DNA of 64,000 nucleotides from NCBI GenBank assembly GCA_963675755.2, contig CAXXMD010000001.1, positions 288,001 through 352,000 of the forward strand. Direction: 5' to 3'. A program made the position numbers and the translations under genes. Shown piece after piece: positions 20,998-31,026 of the stretch. The stretch's first letter is position 1. Each line of letters opens with the position of its first letter. The notes beneath the pieces are model-generated. The model did no database searches. It was not told the origin of the DNA and was given only the letters and a program-made list of their open reading frames with translations. Source of the DNA: a bacterium. GTDB lineage: Bacteria > Zhuqueibacterota > Zhuqueibacteria > Residuimicrobiales > Krinioviventaceae.

Positions 20998-22194
20998 ATG
21001 AATATGCAACCATGGACAAATAAAATACCTCCTGGACGAAAAGAAGAATTGATTCTCACTTTTCATTCTGCTTTATTTGATGATATTATTCCTTTTTGGG
21101 AAAAATATTCCCCGGATACTGAATTTGGCGGATATCTTACCCGGCTTGAACGCGATGGTAAACCTTATTCCGGTGATAAAGATATGTGGATGACCGGCAG
21201 GGAAATCTGGATGTTCAGTCACCTCTATAATCAATACAAATATGAATCCCGCTGGAAGGATTATGCCAGGCATGGTCTTGAATTTTTATTGAAATTCGGA
21301 TTCAAAGATGATGATAAAATGTATTTCCGTCTGGACCGGCAAGGAAATCCCATAGCATCTTCACTCAGCTTGTTTACCAAAGTTTTTGCATCCATCGGTA
21401 TGGCGGAATACTGGAAAATTGACAACGATCCTGATCTGAAAACCAAAGCTGAAAATTTATATCAACAAATGATGCAAAAATTTGGCTTACCCAGTGATAC
21501 ACCCATGCTTGGGTATCCCATGAATGCAGAATTTCATTTACATTCACATGATATGTGCAAATTAACAGTGGCCTGGGTATTTAATGACATCTGGCCAGAC
21601 AATCAATACGAGCAGGATTGTGCGGATGCCATTACATCAATACTGAATTTGCACTGGAAACCGCAGGAAAAGGTGCTATATGAAAATGTAGCGATGGATG
21701 GCACTCCTTTGCTGCAATATCCTGAAGGCAGACTTTTTCATCCTGGTCACAGTATTGAAAGCTCGTGGATGCTGATGGAAGCTGCAGAAAAGAACAGAGA
21801 TAAGATGTTGCTGCAAACGGCCATAGATATACTACTCGCTTCTCTTGAACAGGGATGGGATAAAGAATTTGGAGGTATCCGTTATCTCACCAATGTGGAT
21901 TGGACACCCTGTCACAGTCTGGAAGCTGATTTAAAGTTATGGTGGCCGCATAGTGAAGCACTGTATGCATTAATGCTGGCTTGGGCTTTAACCGGCAGAC
22001 AAGATATTTCAGATTGGTATACCAAGGTACATGATTATACTTTTAGCCACTTTCCTGACCCGGAATATGGCGAGTGGTTCGGTTACCTGAACCGTGATGG
22101 TTCACCGGTGTGGACTGCCAAGGCTAACGGCTGGAAAGGATTTTTTCATACACCGCGTGCTTTGTTCAGATGTTACCAGTTGTTAAATAAATAA
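20998..22194 (+). CDS. AGE-family epimerase/isomerase (N-acylglucosamine 2-epimerase-like)
   Basis: IIPFW…DTEFGGY, WMTGREIWMFS, PGHSIESSW, LWWPHSEA, GEWFGYLNR, WKGFFHTPR. Confidence 0.92.
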   Translation: MNMQPWTNKIPPGRKEELILTFHSALFDDIIPFWEKYSPDTEFGGYLTRLERDGKPYSGDKDMWMTGREIWMFSHLYNQYKYESRWKDYARHGLEFLLKFGFKDDDKMYFRLDRQGNPIASSLSLFTKVFASIGMAEYWKIDNDPDLKTKAENLYQQMMQKFGLPSDTPMLGYPMNAEFHLHSHDMCKLTVAWVFNDIWPDNQYEQDCADAITSILNLHWKPQEKVLYENVAMDGTPLLQYPEGRLFHPGHSIESSWMLMEAAEKNRDKMLLQTAIDILLASLEQGWDKEFGGIRYLTNVDWTPCHSLEADLKLWWPHSEALYALMLAWALTGRQDISDWYTKVHDYTFSHFPDPEYGEWFGYLNRDGSPVWTAKANGWKGFFHTPRALFRCYQLLNK

Positions 22195-22209
22195 TAATCG
22201 GGAAAAGAT

Positions 22210-23532
22210 TTGAATCAATTTATAAAAATTTTAGCAATATTCATTATTGTAATGGTGCTGACTGTTGGTTGTGGTAACCAAGTTCCTAAAAGTGTGCATG
22301 TATCAGATATTGCATTGGGTTGGGCGCAAAATAGCGTGAATACTACAATTTTGCGCAAGAATTCACTGGTTACTTTTAATGATACGCAATATGCCGCTTT
22401 TTATGATTCAATTGGTCATGTTGTACTTGCCAAACGGCAATTGGGCACAGATCAGTGGCTGGTCAAGCAAACCCGCTATTCCGGTAAAATTACGGATGCT
22501 CACAATTCCATCAGCATTATGGTGGATGGTGATGGTTATTTGCACATGGCCTGGGACCATCATAATGATTCTCTGCGCTATTGTAAAAGCATTGCTCCTG
22601 GTTCACTTGATTTTACTGAAAAGCAATCCATGATTGGCAGAGATGAAGTCAAGGTAACCTACCCTGAATTTTATCGGTTACCCAACGGAGATTTGATTTT
22701 TCTTTATCGTGTAGGGAAATCCGGTGACGGCAAACTGGTTATGAATCGATATGATCTCATTAAACGGGAATGGGAACGTATACACGATAATTTGATTGAT
22801 GGAGAAGGGGAGAGAAATGCCTATTGGCAATTTGCAGTAGACTTGTACGGAACATTTCATCTGTCATGGGTATGGCGTGAAACCGGTGATGTAGCGACCA
22901 ATCATGATATGTGTTACGCAAAATCCACAGATGGAGGCGTAACCTGGATAAAGACAACAGGTGATCTGTGTCAGATTCCCATAAATAAAAACAATGCCGA
23001 ATATGCAGTTCGAATCCCACAAAACAGTGAACTGATCAATCAAACATCCATGTGTGCGGATTCAAAAGGACGCCCCTACATTGCTACTTTTTATCGTCAA
23101 GATGGAGAATCAGTACCGCAATATCATCTGATTTATCATGATGGCAATAACTGGCAAACCCGACAGGTATCTGACCGGGAGATACCCTTTTCATTAAGCG
23201 GAGGTGGGACAAAACGCATCCCTATGAGTCGCCCTGTTATTGTTGCAGATACTTTGAATAACCAGGATGCGGCATACATGCTGTTTCGGGATATAGAATA
23301 TGAAAACAGGGTAATGGTTGCAGTATGTAATGATCTGACGACGAATACATGGAAGAATATAGTATTGTCCACTTTATCTGTTGGCGCCTGGGAACCCAGC
23401 TATGATACAGAATTGTGGAAAAAAAGTAAAATTCTGCATATATTTATACAGAATTCGGGTCAAGGAGACGGAGAAAAACTGGAAGCTTTGCCATCGCAGA
23501 TGGTTAGCGTAATACAATGGAAACCAGAGTGA
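22210..23532 (+). CDS. BNR-4 repeat beta-propeller lipoprotein (putative lyase/hydrolase)
   Basis: TTG start, lipobox TVGC; DAHNSIS…DGDGYLHMAWDHH, TYPEF, Asp-box STDGGVTW, LINQ. Confidence 0.8.
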   Translation: MNQFIKILAIFIIVMVLTVGCGNQVPKSVHVSDIALGWAQNSVNTTILRKNSLVTFNDTQYAAFYDSIGHVVLAKRQLGTDQWLVKQTRYSGKITDAHNSISIMVDGDGYLHMAWDHHNDSLRYCKSIAPGSLDFTEKQSMIGRDEVKVTYPEFYRLPNGDLIFLYRVGKSGDGKLVMNRYDLIKREWERIHDNLIDGEGERNAYWQFAVDLYGTFHLSWVWRETGDVATNHDMCYAKSTDGGVTWIKTTGDLCQIPINKNNAEYAVRIPQNSELINQTSMCADSKGRPYIATFYRQDGESVPQYHLIYHDGNNWQTRQVSDREIPFSLSGGGTKRIPMSRPVIVADTLNNQDAAYMLFRDIEYENRVMVAVCNDLTTNTWKNIVLSTLSVGAWEPSYDTELWKKSKILHIFIQNSGQGDGEKLEALPSQMVSVIQWKPE

Positions 23533-23560
23533 TTTAACCGAAAAATCAAAAGGAAAACCT

Positions 23561-24535
23561 ATGAGCGAGAAAACATATATTGGAATTGATATTGGTGGAA
23601 CCAAAACAGCCGTATTGCTGGTTGATGAAACGGGAAAATTGATTGAACGTAAACAGTTTCAAACCTTTACAGGTAATGGCGGCTGGCAAAAAAGTCTGGA
23701 TGAAATTATTTCCATGATAAAGGAATATCAAGATCAAGCTTCTCCTGCAGCGATTGGTATCAGTTGCGGCGGTCCCCTGAACAGCAGAACCGGTATGATC
23801 TTGTCTCCACCCAATTTACCGGGATGGGATAATGTACCCATTATTGAACTTTTGAACAAAGAATTTGGTTTACCTGTTGCTCTGGAAAATGATGCAAATG
23901 CAGGTGCACTGGCTGAATGGCGTTTTGGTGCAGGCAAGGGCAGTCGTAATATGATATTTTTAACCTTTGGTACGGGTCTGGGAGCAGGACTTGTTTTGGA
24001 TGGCCGGTTATATTCCGGAACCAATGATCTGGGTGGTGAAGCAGGACACCTGCGTTTGGATGATGACGGTCCCATTGGTTTTAACAAACGCGGATCTTTT
24101 GAAGGCTTTTGCAGCGGCACCGGTTTGTCACAAATGATGGCTTTTGAACTGTTATGTCTGGCTGAAGAAATTGGCAAAGAAGCTATGCTTGAAAAATATA
24201 AAGAACCGGGCCAGGTTACAGGCAAAGATGTTGTAATATGGGCACAGGCTGGCGATCCTCTTGCGCTCAAAGTTGTTGAAAAAAGCGGTACCTATTTGGG
24301 CAAAGGATTATCGTTTTTAATTGATATTATAAATCCTGAATTGATAGTGATTGGCAGTATGGGCGTGCGCCTGGGTGACATGCTTTTTGATCCTGCCAGA
24401 AAAGTGATTGAAAAAGAAGCTATACCCGGTGCGGTTGAGGTCTGTAAAATTGTGCCCGCGGAACTGGGTGAGAAAATTGGTGATTATGCTGCATTATGTG
24501 TGGCTATCAAAGCAGAAGAAAATAGTGTAAACTAA
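23561..24535 (+). CDS. ROK family sugar kinase
   Basis: IGIDIGGTKT, ISCGGPL…SPPNLPGW, ENDANAGALAE, GTGLGAG, GEAGH; no HTH domain. Confidence 0.92.
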   Translation: MSEKTYIGIDIGGTKTAVLLVDETGKLIERKQFQTFTGNGGWQKSLDEIISMIKEYQDQASPAAIGISCGGPLNSRTGMILSPPNLPGWDNVPIIELLNKEFGLPVALENDANAGALAEWRFGAGKGSRNMIFLTFGTGLGAGLVLDGRLYSGTNDLGGEAGHLRLDDDGPIGFNKRGSFEGFCSGTGLSQMMAFELLCLAEEIGKEAMLEKYKEPGQVTGKDVVIWAQAGDPLALKVVEKSGTYLGKGLSFLIDIINPELIVIGSMGVRLGDMLFDPARKVIEKEAIPGAVEVCKIVPAELGEKIGDYAALCVAIKAEENSVN

Positions 24536-24549
24536 ATGTTCCTCTTGAA

Positions 24550-25803
24550 ATGAGGTGGTCTATGAAACGTTTTGCAAGCCGTTTAAATAGCAATATTGAC
24601 AATCCAAGCCGACGGGATTTCCTCAAGCAGGGAGGCATAGCTGCTTTGGGAATTTCATTATCCGCGAACCCATCTTTTGCGGTTAATACTGCACCAAAAA
24701 AACTCCGAATAGGTATAGTAGGTGGAAGGTTTGGAGCCAGTTTCTTTTTTCATGAACATCCGGATTGTATTGTTCAAGCTGTGAGTGATTTAAGGCCGGA
24801 ACGACGTGAGCACCTCATGAAAACCTACAATTGTTCAAAATCTTACAACTCTCTTGAAGAGTTGGTTAAAGACAAAGATATTGATGCGGTAGGCGTTTTT
24901 ACTGAAGGTCCTAACCATGTAAAACATGTTTTGGAATGTTTAAAACATGGCAAACATGTGATCTGTGCGGTTCCTGCCTGTTGGGCAACCCTGGATGAAG
25001 CAGAACAGTTGTATAATGCGGTAAAATCTTCCGGATTGATTTATATGATGGCTGAAACCAGCTATTATCAGCAGCACACTATATCAGCCCGCGATTTTTA
25101 TAAAAAAGGCGAGTTTGGTGAAATCTATTACTGTGAATCTGAATATCAGCATAACGGGTTGGAATCTTTATATATTGAAGATGGTAAACGGACCTGGCGT
25201 TATGGAGTAGCTCCTATGCATTACCCCACACATTGTACCGCACATTTGCTTAGTGTAACGGGTGAACGCCTTGTGCAAGTCTCCTGTAATGGATGGGGAG
25301 ATGGTGATCCGATACTAAAAGACAATCCATACAATAATCCTTTTTGGAACGAATCCGCAATGTTTACAACGAATAAAGGCCATGCCTTTCGGGTAAATGT
25401 TTGGTGGAAAGGCGCGCATTTGGGTTGTGAACGGGCCCAATGGATTGGAAACAAGATGAGTTTTTATACCAGTAATCCGGTTGGATATGGGCCAACCCTG
25501 GTTGAAACGACCAGTGTTTTGGGTAAAGACGATGCAGGATTTGCCAGAATAGAAGCCAAAAAGACGCCTTATGAACAGCCGGAATGGTGGAAAACGGATT
25601 TGTTGCCTGAACCGTTGCGTCATAACAGCGGACATCATGGATCGCATACATTTTTGACCCATGAATTTGTTGATGCTTGTTTACATGAACGCAAACCGGT
25701 TGTAGATATTCATGAGGCCCTGGCGTATACCGTACCCGGAATTGTTGCACACCAGTCCGCATTGAATGGTGGAGCAAGTAAAGCAATTCCACAGTTTGTT
25801 TAA
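24550..25803 (+). CDS. Tat-exported Gfo/Idh/MocA NAD(P)-dependent oxidoreductase
   Basis: SRRDFLK Tat motif; IGIVG Rossmann strand, IDAVGVFT, GKHVICAVP, YPTH; alternative start at 24562. Confidence 0.85.
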   Translation: MRWSMKRFASRLNSNIDNPSRRDFLKQGGIAALGISLSANPSFAVNTAPKKLRIGIVGGRFGASFFFHEHPDCIVQAVSDLRPERREHLMKTYNCSKSYNSLEELVKDKDIDAVGVFTEGPNHVKHVLECLKHGKHVICAVPACWATLDEAEQLYNAVKSSGLIYMMAETSYYQQHTISARDFYKKGEFGEIYYCESEYQHNGLESLYIEDGKRTWRYGVAPMHYPTHCTAHLLSVTGERLVQVSCNGWGDGDPILKDNPYNNPFWNESAMFTTNKGHAFRVNVWWKGAHLGCERAQWIGNKMSFYTSNPVGYGPTLVETTSVLGKDDAGFARIEAKKTPYEQPEWWKTDLLPEPLRHNSGHHGSHTFLTHEFVDACLHERKPVVDIHEALAYTVPGIVAHQSALNGGASKAIPQFV

Positions 25804-25821
25804 ACCAATCAAGGTAGCTGT

Positions 25822-27396
25822 ATGCGTATGTTTAAGATAATTCGAAAAATTGTATTACTGCTATTGTTTGTCGGATGTTTCAGTTTTGTTTTTCCTGATC
25901 AATATAATATATTGGATTATGGTGCAGTTGGAGATTCTCAATTCCTGAATACCAGTGCAATCCAGACTGCAATTGATGCGTGTACAAAAGCCGGAGGTGG
26001 GACTGTATTTGTACCGGCAGGTATCTGGTTAACCGGAACGCTAATACTAAAGGATAATGTTTCCCTTTATCTGGAATCCGGTGCAACACTTTTTGGCAGT
26101 CCCTATTTACGGGATTATTCCCTCACTATACCGGCAATACGTTCGTACACCGATAATTATACAAACAAGAGTCTGATTTACGCAGAGAATGCAGAAAATG
26201 TCTCCATATTGGGACAAGGTGCTATCAATGGTCAGGGTGAGTTGTTTACCGGGGATTATAAAACACGCCCCTATCTCATCCGCATGATTGGCTGCTCGAA
26301 TGTTACGGTGAAAAATATTTCATTGCTTCATTCACCCATGTGGGTACAGCATTATCTTGAATGTGATCATGTTTTGATTGACGGGATAACCGTACGCAGC
26401 TTGAAAGAACAGAATAATGATGGTATTGATATTGATAGCTGCCATTTTGTACGCATTGCCAATTGCGACATTGATTGTGGCGATGATGCAATTGTATTGA
26501 AAAGCACAACAAACCGTATTTGCAGGGATGTTGTGATTACAAACTGTATTTTAAAATCGCAGGCCAGTGCGTTAAAATGCGGGACCGAATCCAATGGCGG
26601 GTTTGTAAATATTACCATTGATAACTGTGTGGTGCGCGACACCCGTCGTTCAGGCATCGCCCTGGAGATGGTGGATGGTGGTATTATGGATCGTGTTACT
26701 GTTTCCAATATTATTATTGAGAATTCCGGCAGTGCGATATTTGTCCGCCTTGCCAATCGGGCACGCCCCATTAACGCGGAAAGAGGACGGTCCTATGGCG
26801 ATTTAAAAAGACCGGGTATGGGGACTATGCGAAACATTATGATCAGTAATGTACAGGCAACCGGTATTGACAGTATAGGGTCATCCATAACCGGACAGCC
26901 GGGGCATCCTATAGAAAATATTACGCTCGAGAATATTCGCATCCAATATAATGGCGGTGGTACACATGAACATGCCGCGAGAGAGGTTGAAGAACACCCG
27001 GAATCGTATCCCGAATATGATCGCCTGGGCGGTCCTTTGCCTGCATATGGATTTTATTGTCGTCATGTGAACAATTTGAGATTGGAAAATATAGAGGTTA
27101 CCTTTGCTCAGGACGATGAGCGTCCTGCTCTGTTTTGTGACGATGTAAAGCAATTAAAGATTTTAGATTATAATGCAAAATTGTTGCATAATGTTAATGC
27201 AATGATTTATTTGAAAAATGTTCAGGACGCATATGTTTCAAACTGCAGCTCCTTTACTCCGGTCCAACATTTGGTTTGGGCAAAGGGTGAACATACTCGT
27301 CAGATTGTTGTTGATGCAAAAGATCCCTGGAACGTCAATAAAATACTAGAACTGGATTCCAGTGTATCAAAAAAGGAAATAAAAATATACAAATGA
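25822..27396 (+). CDS. GH28 polygalacturonase-like beta-helix glycoside hydrolase
   Basis: YNILDYGAVGD, AIQTAIDAC, NNDGIDID, GDDAIVLKS, KCGTES. Confidence 0.9.
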   Translation: MRMFKIIRKIVLLLLFVGCFSFVFPDQYNILDYGAVGDSQFLNTSAIQTAIDACTKAGGGTVFVPAGIWLTGTLILKDNVSLYLESGATLFGSPYLRDYSLTIPAIRSYTDNYTNKSLIYAENAENVSILGQGAINGQGELFTGDYKTRPYLIRMIGCSNVTVKNISLLHSPMWVQHYLECDHVLIDGITVRSLKEQNNDGIDIDSCHFVRIANCDIDCGDDAIVLKSTTNRICRDVVITNCILKSQASALKCGTESNGGFVNITIDNCVVRDTRRSGIALEMVDGGIMDRVTVSNIIIENSGSAIFVRLANRARPINAERGRSYGDLKRPGMGTMRNIMISNVQATGIDSIGSSITGQPGHPIENITLENIRIQYNGGGTHEHAAREVEEHPESYPEYDRLGGPLPAYGFYCRHVNNLRLENIEVTFAQDDERPALFCDDVKQLKILDYNAKLLHNVNAMIYLKNVQDAYVSNCSSFTPVQHLVWAKGEHTRQIVVDAKDPWNVNKILELDSSVSKKEIKIYK

Positions 27397-27432
27397 TCAT
27401 AGAATTATGTTTTTATTGAGAAAGGCTGTACC

Positions 27433-30207
27433 ATGAAAAAGTTGCTCGTTATTTCCATTTTACTGTTTTGCGCAGAGGTGTTTGCTATGCCGGACATGAG
27501 CTATTTACCTGAATTAAACGGAACACATGATCTGAGTTTACCGGACTGGGGCCCCTATACCAAACGATATATTGGTGTATCTCATATTACAGATGTTGAC
27601 CAGGGAATCCGTTTTGATCTGAGTGTGTTCCCCGGATATTACCGACGCAAGGTATTTGTCCCAAACGTTTTTTACGAATCAGGATACCATCCCTGGGAAG
27701 CCTCTCCAAATTTTGAATATTTCAGTTTTCGTCATGAAATTGAATGGCAGGATAAAGTATATACAGATGTTTCTTATTCAGAGATTGACAAGAATTCCCG
27801 ACTGGTACGTGTGGAATGTGTAAATAATACGGATCTAAACCAGAATTTGGCTCTGCATTTTATGGCGTCTTTGCATTTTCCGCCTATCAAGGCATACAGT
27901 CCTTATACACCACTGTATATGGGATTGATTACTTTACCTGCAAAAGCAGTCTGGATTGACGCACTGGACTATCAGGATTTGACCTTTATCAATCCACGTC
28001 CTCAGGATAATCTGGTGTACGATGGTAAAATGCGAGCGGAAATCCGTGATGATGGATTTGTAAATGGATCAGGTATTGGCCTTGGCTTTGGCGCGGACAA
28101 GGGTGATAAAGTCAGCTATGTAATAAAGACTGATGTACCTGTTGATGATGCGGTACTGTATATACGTTATAATATGAGTGAAAATCACAGTGTAAATTTT
28201 AATGTAACAGGTATGGTAACTGCCAATTTAACTTTATCGGGTAATGGTGATTTTGCATACCAGACTATTGACCTCGGTAAAGTTTATCCCGGCTCACAGT
28301 TGCTGACTCTGGAATCTCAGGGCGGCAGTCCTGTAAAGCTGGACGGAATGACTGTGGTATCAAAACAGGATGTGAAATCAATCAATATTGTACAAAAAGA
28401 TTGGGATCCCGTCCCGGAAATACTTGACGGTCCGGTAACGAATTCTGTGATCCTGAAATACAAAGATATTGATCTTTATTATGGTATTTCATGGGATTTT
28501 GACATGTTTCAGATTCGTGAATGGTATATGCGCGACCTGGGTGATTATTTTAAACAAATGAGCAATGAACATGTAAAAACTGTCTTTAAAGGAGAAGGTA
28601 AAGGCCATTTTACCAATATTTTTTTCAGACCTGTGAATATTGAACCCCGATCCACCAAAATTATTAACGGAATGGTTTGTTGTGGAACCAAAGAAGAGGT
28701 TGAAAGCTATCTGAGTGACAACAGCAATACCACAGAAAAATATGATTCTATTTATAAAGATGCACGATCTCACCTGGTTAATCTGGATGCTACTCCTGAA
28801 GGAGAAAAATACAAGTTTAGTATAGAGCGCATGACCGCAACCACCACATGTAATGTGGTATATCCGGTATATACTCAGAAACAATATATCCGTCACAGTG
28901 CACCCGGTCGCTGGTGGGACTGTTTGTACACATGGGATTCCGGATTTATTGGCATTGGATTGCTGCAGCTTGATGAGCGTCGTGCTGTGGAAAATCTGAA
29001 TGCTTATGTGAATGAACCCGGAGCTCAGTCCGCATTCATCCATCATGGCACACCGGTTCCGGTTCAGCATTACCTATTTCTCGAGTTGTGGAACCAGCTC
29101 CAGTCTGCCAAGTATTTGGAATATTTTTATCCTCGTTTAAAACAATATCACGAATTTATGGCCGGACGTTTGGGCAGTTCTACAACCCGTGCTATGAAAT
29201 CCAATCTGTTAAAAACCTGGGACTATTTTTACAATTCAGGCGGCTGGGATGATTATCCTCCTCAGAAATATCTGCATGAACAACGCTGGGAAAGTAATGT
29301 TACTCCGGTTGTTACAACCGCGCATGTCATACGTACCGCTAAAATCCTGAAAATGGCTGCCGCGCAATTGGGTTTGACCCAGGACATCAAGGCTTACGAT
29401 AAAGATATTGAAATGTTTTCCAAGGCACTGCAAAAACATTCCTGGGATGAGGATTCCGGATATTTTGGGTACGTGGTGCACAATGAAAAGGGAAAGCCGG
29501 AACACATTATGAAATATGAAGACAAAGTAAATTATAATATGGGTCTCGGTGGAGCCTACCCCTTGTTTTCTGGTATTTGTAATGATGAACAGAAGCAGAT
29601 CTTGTTGGAAAAGTTGAAATCCGATAAACATATCTGGTCTCAGGTTGGATTGTCTGCTGTAGATCAATCCGCACCTTATTATCGCACAGATGGTTACTGG
29701 AATGGTACGGTTTGGCTGTCACATCAATGGTTTTTCTGGAAATCCATGCTGGATCTGGGTGAAGGAGAATTTGCATTCAAGATTGCAAAAACCGCACTCG
29801 AAACCTGGAAACGCGAAGTTGAAGCCTCATATACATGTGCTGAGCATTTCCTCATTGAAACCGGACGCGGAGCCGGGTGGCACGAGTTTGGCGGACTCTC
29901 TGCACCGGTACTGGACTGGTATACATCCTATTTTCGTCCCGGACATTTAACAACCGGCCTGGATGTCTGGACAACCAAAACGGTATTTGATCAGGATAAT
30001 ACTGAATTGAACACAGAGTTTGATATTTTTAGTGATGATAACAAGACCTGTTCAGTTGTGGTTTGTATGAATCCGGAATATTCATATAAAGCTGTTTGGA
30101 ATGGTGTTGAAGTTCCTGTTAACGAGTTTGCAAAAGGTACGTTGAGTATTGACCTGCCCATCGAAAAACTGGAACACGGTTCATTAAAGGTTACCAAGGC
30201 AAATTAA
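27433..30207 (+). CDS. Secreted GH63/MGH1-like (alpha/alpha)6 glycoside hydrolase with N-terminal beta domains
   Basis: Signal peptide; LPDWGPY N-terminus; YTWDSGF, SGGWDDYP, YWNGTVW, EHF catalytic-type motifs. Confidence 0.75.
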   Translation: MKKLLVISILLFCAEVFAMPDMSYLPELNGTHDLSLPDWGPYTKRYIGVSHITDVDQGIRFDLSVFPGYYRRKVFVPNVFYESGYHPWEASPNFEYFSFRHEIEWQDKVYTDVSYSEIDKNSRLVRVECVNNTDLNQNLALHFMASLHFPPIKAYSPYTPLYMGLITLPAKAVWIDALDYQDLTFINPRPQDNLVYDGKMRAEIRDDGFVNGSGIGLGFGADKGDKVSYVIKTDVPVDDAVLYIRYNMSENHSVNFNVTGMVTANLTLSGNGDFAYQTIDLGKVYPGSQLLTLESQGGSPVKLDGMTVVSKQDVKSINIVQKDWDPVPEILDGPVTNSVILKYKDIDLYYGISWDFDMFQIREWYMRDLGDYFKQMSNEHVKTVFKGEGKGHFTNIFFRPVNIEPRSTKIINGMVCCGTKEEVESYLSDNSNTTEKYDSIYKDARSHLVNLDATPEGEKYKFSIERMTATTTCNVVYPVYTQKQYIRHSAPGRWWDCLYTWDSGFIGIGLLQLDERRAVENLNAYVNEPGAQSAFIHHGTPVPVQHYLFLELWNQLQSAKYLEYFYPRLKQYHEFMAGRLGSSTTRAMKSNLLKTWDYFYNSGGWDDYPPQKYLHEQRWESNVTPVVTTAHVIRTAKILKMAAAQLGLTQDIKAYDKDIEMFSKALQKHSWDEDSGYFGYVVHNEKGKPEHIMKYEDKVNYNMGLGGAYPLFSGICNDEQKQILLEKLKSDKHIWSQVGLSAVDQSAPYYRTDGYWNGTVWLSHQWFFWKSMLDLGEGEFAFKIAKTALETWKREVEASYTCAEHFLIETGRGAGWHEFGGLSAPVLDWYTSYFRPGHLTTGLDVWTTKTVFDQDNTELNTEFDIFSDDNKTCSVVVCMNPEYSYKAVWNGVEVPVNEFAKGTLSIDLPIEKLEHGSLKVTKAN

Positions 30208-30216
30208 GATATATTG

Positions 30217-30253
30217 AAAAGGATCGGTAGTGAAAAATACCGGTCTTTTTTTT
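30217..30253 (+). terminator. Rho-independent terminator
   Basis: GGATCGGTA…TACCGGTCT stem followed by a T8 tail. Confidence 0.75.
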
Positions 30254-30318
30254 ATTTGCTATTCAGTATTTTTTTTAGTATGGTAAAAAATGAGTAAGGA
30301 AAGGGAAGAGAGGCGTTT

Positions 30319-31017
30319 ATGAAGAAATTAATTTTTGCAATGCTTGTAATGGTTTTATTGTTCCTGTCATCATGTTCACAACAACCAGAGTGGAAACCGT
30401 TATTTGATGGAAAAACATTCGATGGCTGGAGAGGACTGAATCGTACAGCTATACCGGATTCCGGATGGGTAATTGAAGACGGTATGATTAAATGTAACGG
30501 TGTACCCGGAAGTGGTGATATCATTACTGAAAAAGAATATGGACAATTTGAATTTAAATTCGAATGGAAAATGATCACCAAGGGCGGCAACAGTGGAATC
30601 AAATATTTTGTTGTTGAAGAGCTTAGCACAGGTCATGGCGGTATAGGACTGGAATTTCAACTTCTTGATGATTTAAACCATCCCATGATGCAGGAAGGTA
30701 CCATGAAGCCCAATGACTTTCATACTACCGGTGCATTGTATGAATTGTATGCCCCCAGTGAGGATAAGGTGTTGCATCACTATGGCGAATGGAACACTGG
30801 AAAAATCGTTTCAAAGGGGAATCATTTGGAGCACTGGTTGAATGGAAAACTGGTAATGGAGTGTGAACGCGGCAGCGATGATTTCCAGGCAAGAGTTGCA
30901 AAAAGTAAATTTAATAAATATCCGGATTATGCATTATCAGAAACCGGCCATATATTGATACAAAACCACAGCAGTCAAACGGTATTACGAAACCTCTACA
31001 TTCGCGAATTAAAGTAA
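30319..31017 (+). CDS. DUF1080 (3-keto-glycoside hydrolase-like) lipoprotein
   Basis: Lipobox LSSC; WKPLFDGKTFDGW, GNSGIKY, EFQLLDD, GALYE, EWNT, GHILIQNH. Confidence 0.92.
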   Translation: MKKLIFAMLVMVLLFLSSCSQQPEWKPLFDGKTFDGWRGLNRTAIPDSGWVIEDGMIKCNGVPGSGDIITEKEYGQFEFKFEWKMITKGGNSGIKYFVVEELSTGHGGIGLEFQLLDDLNHPMMQEGTMKPNDFHTTGALYELYAPSEDKVLHHYGEWNTGKIVSKGNHLEHWLNGKLVMECERGSDDFQARVAKSKFNKYPDYALSETGHILIQNHSSQTVLRNLYIRELK

Positions 31018-31026
31018 GGAACTTTC

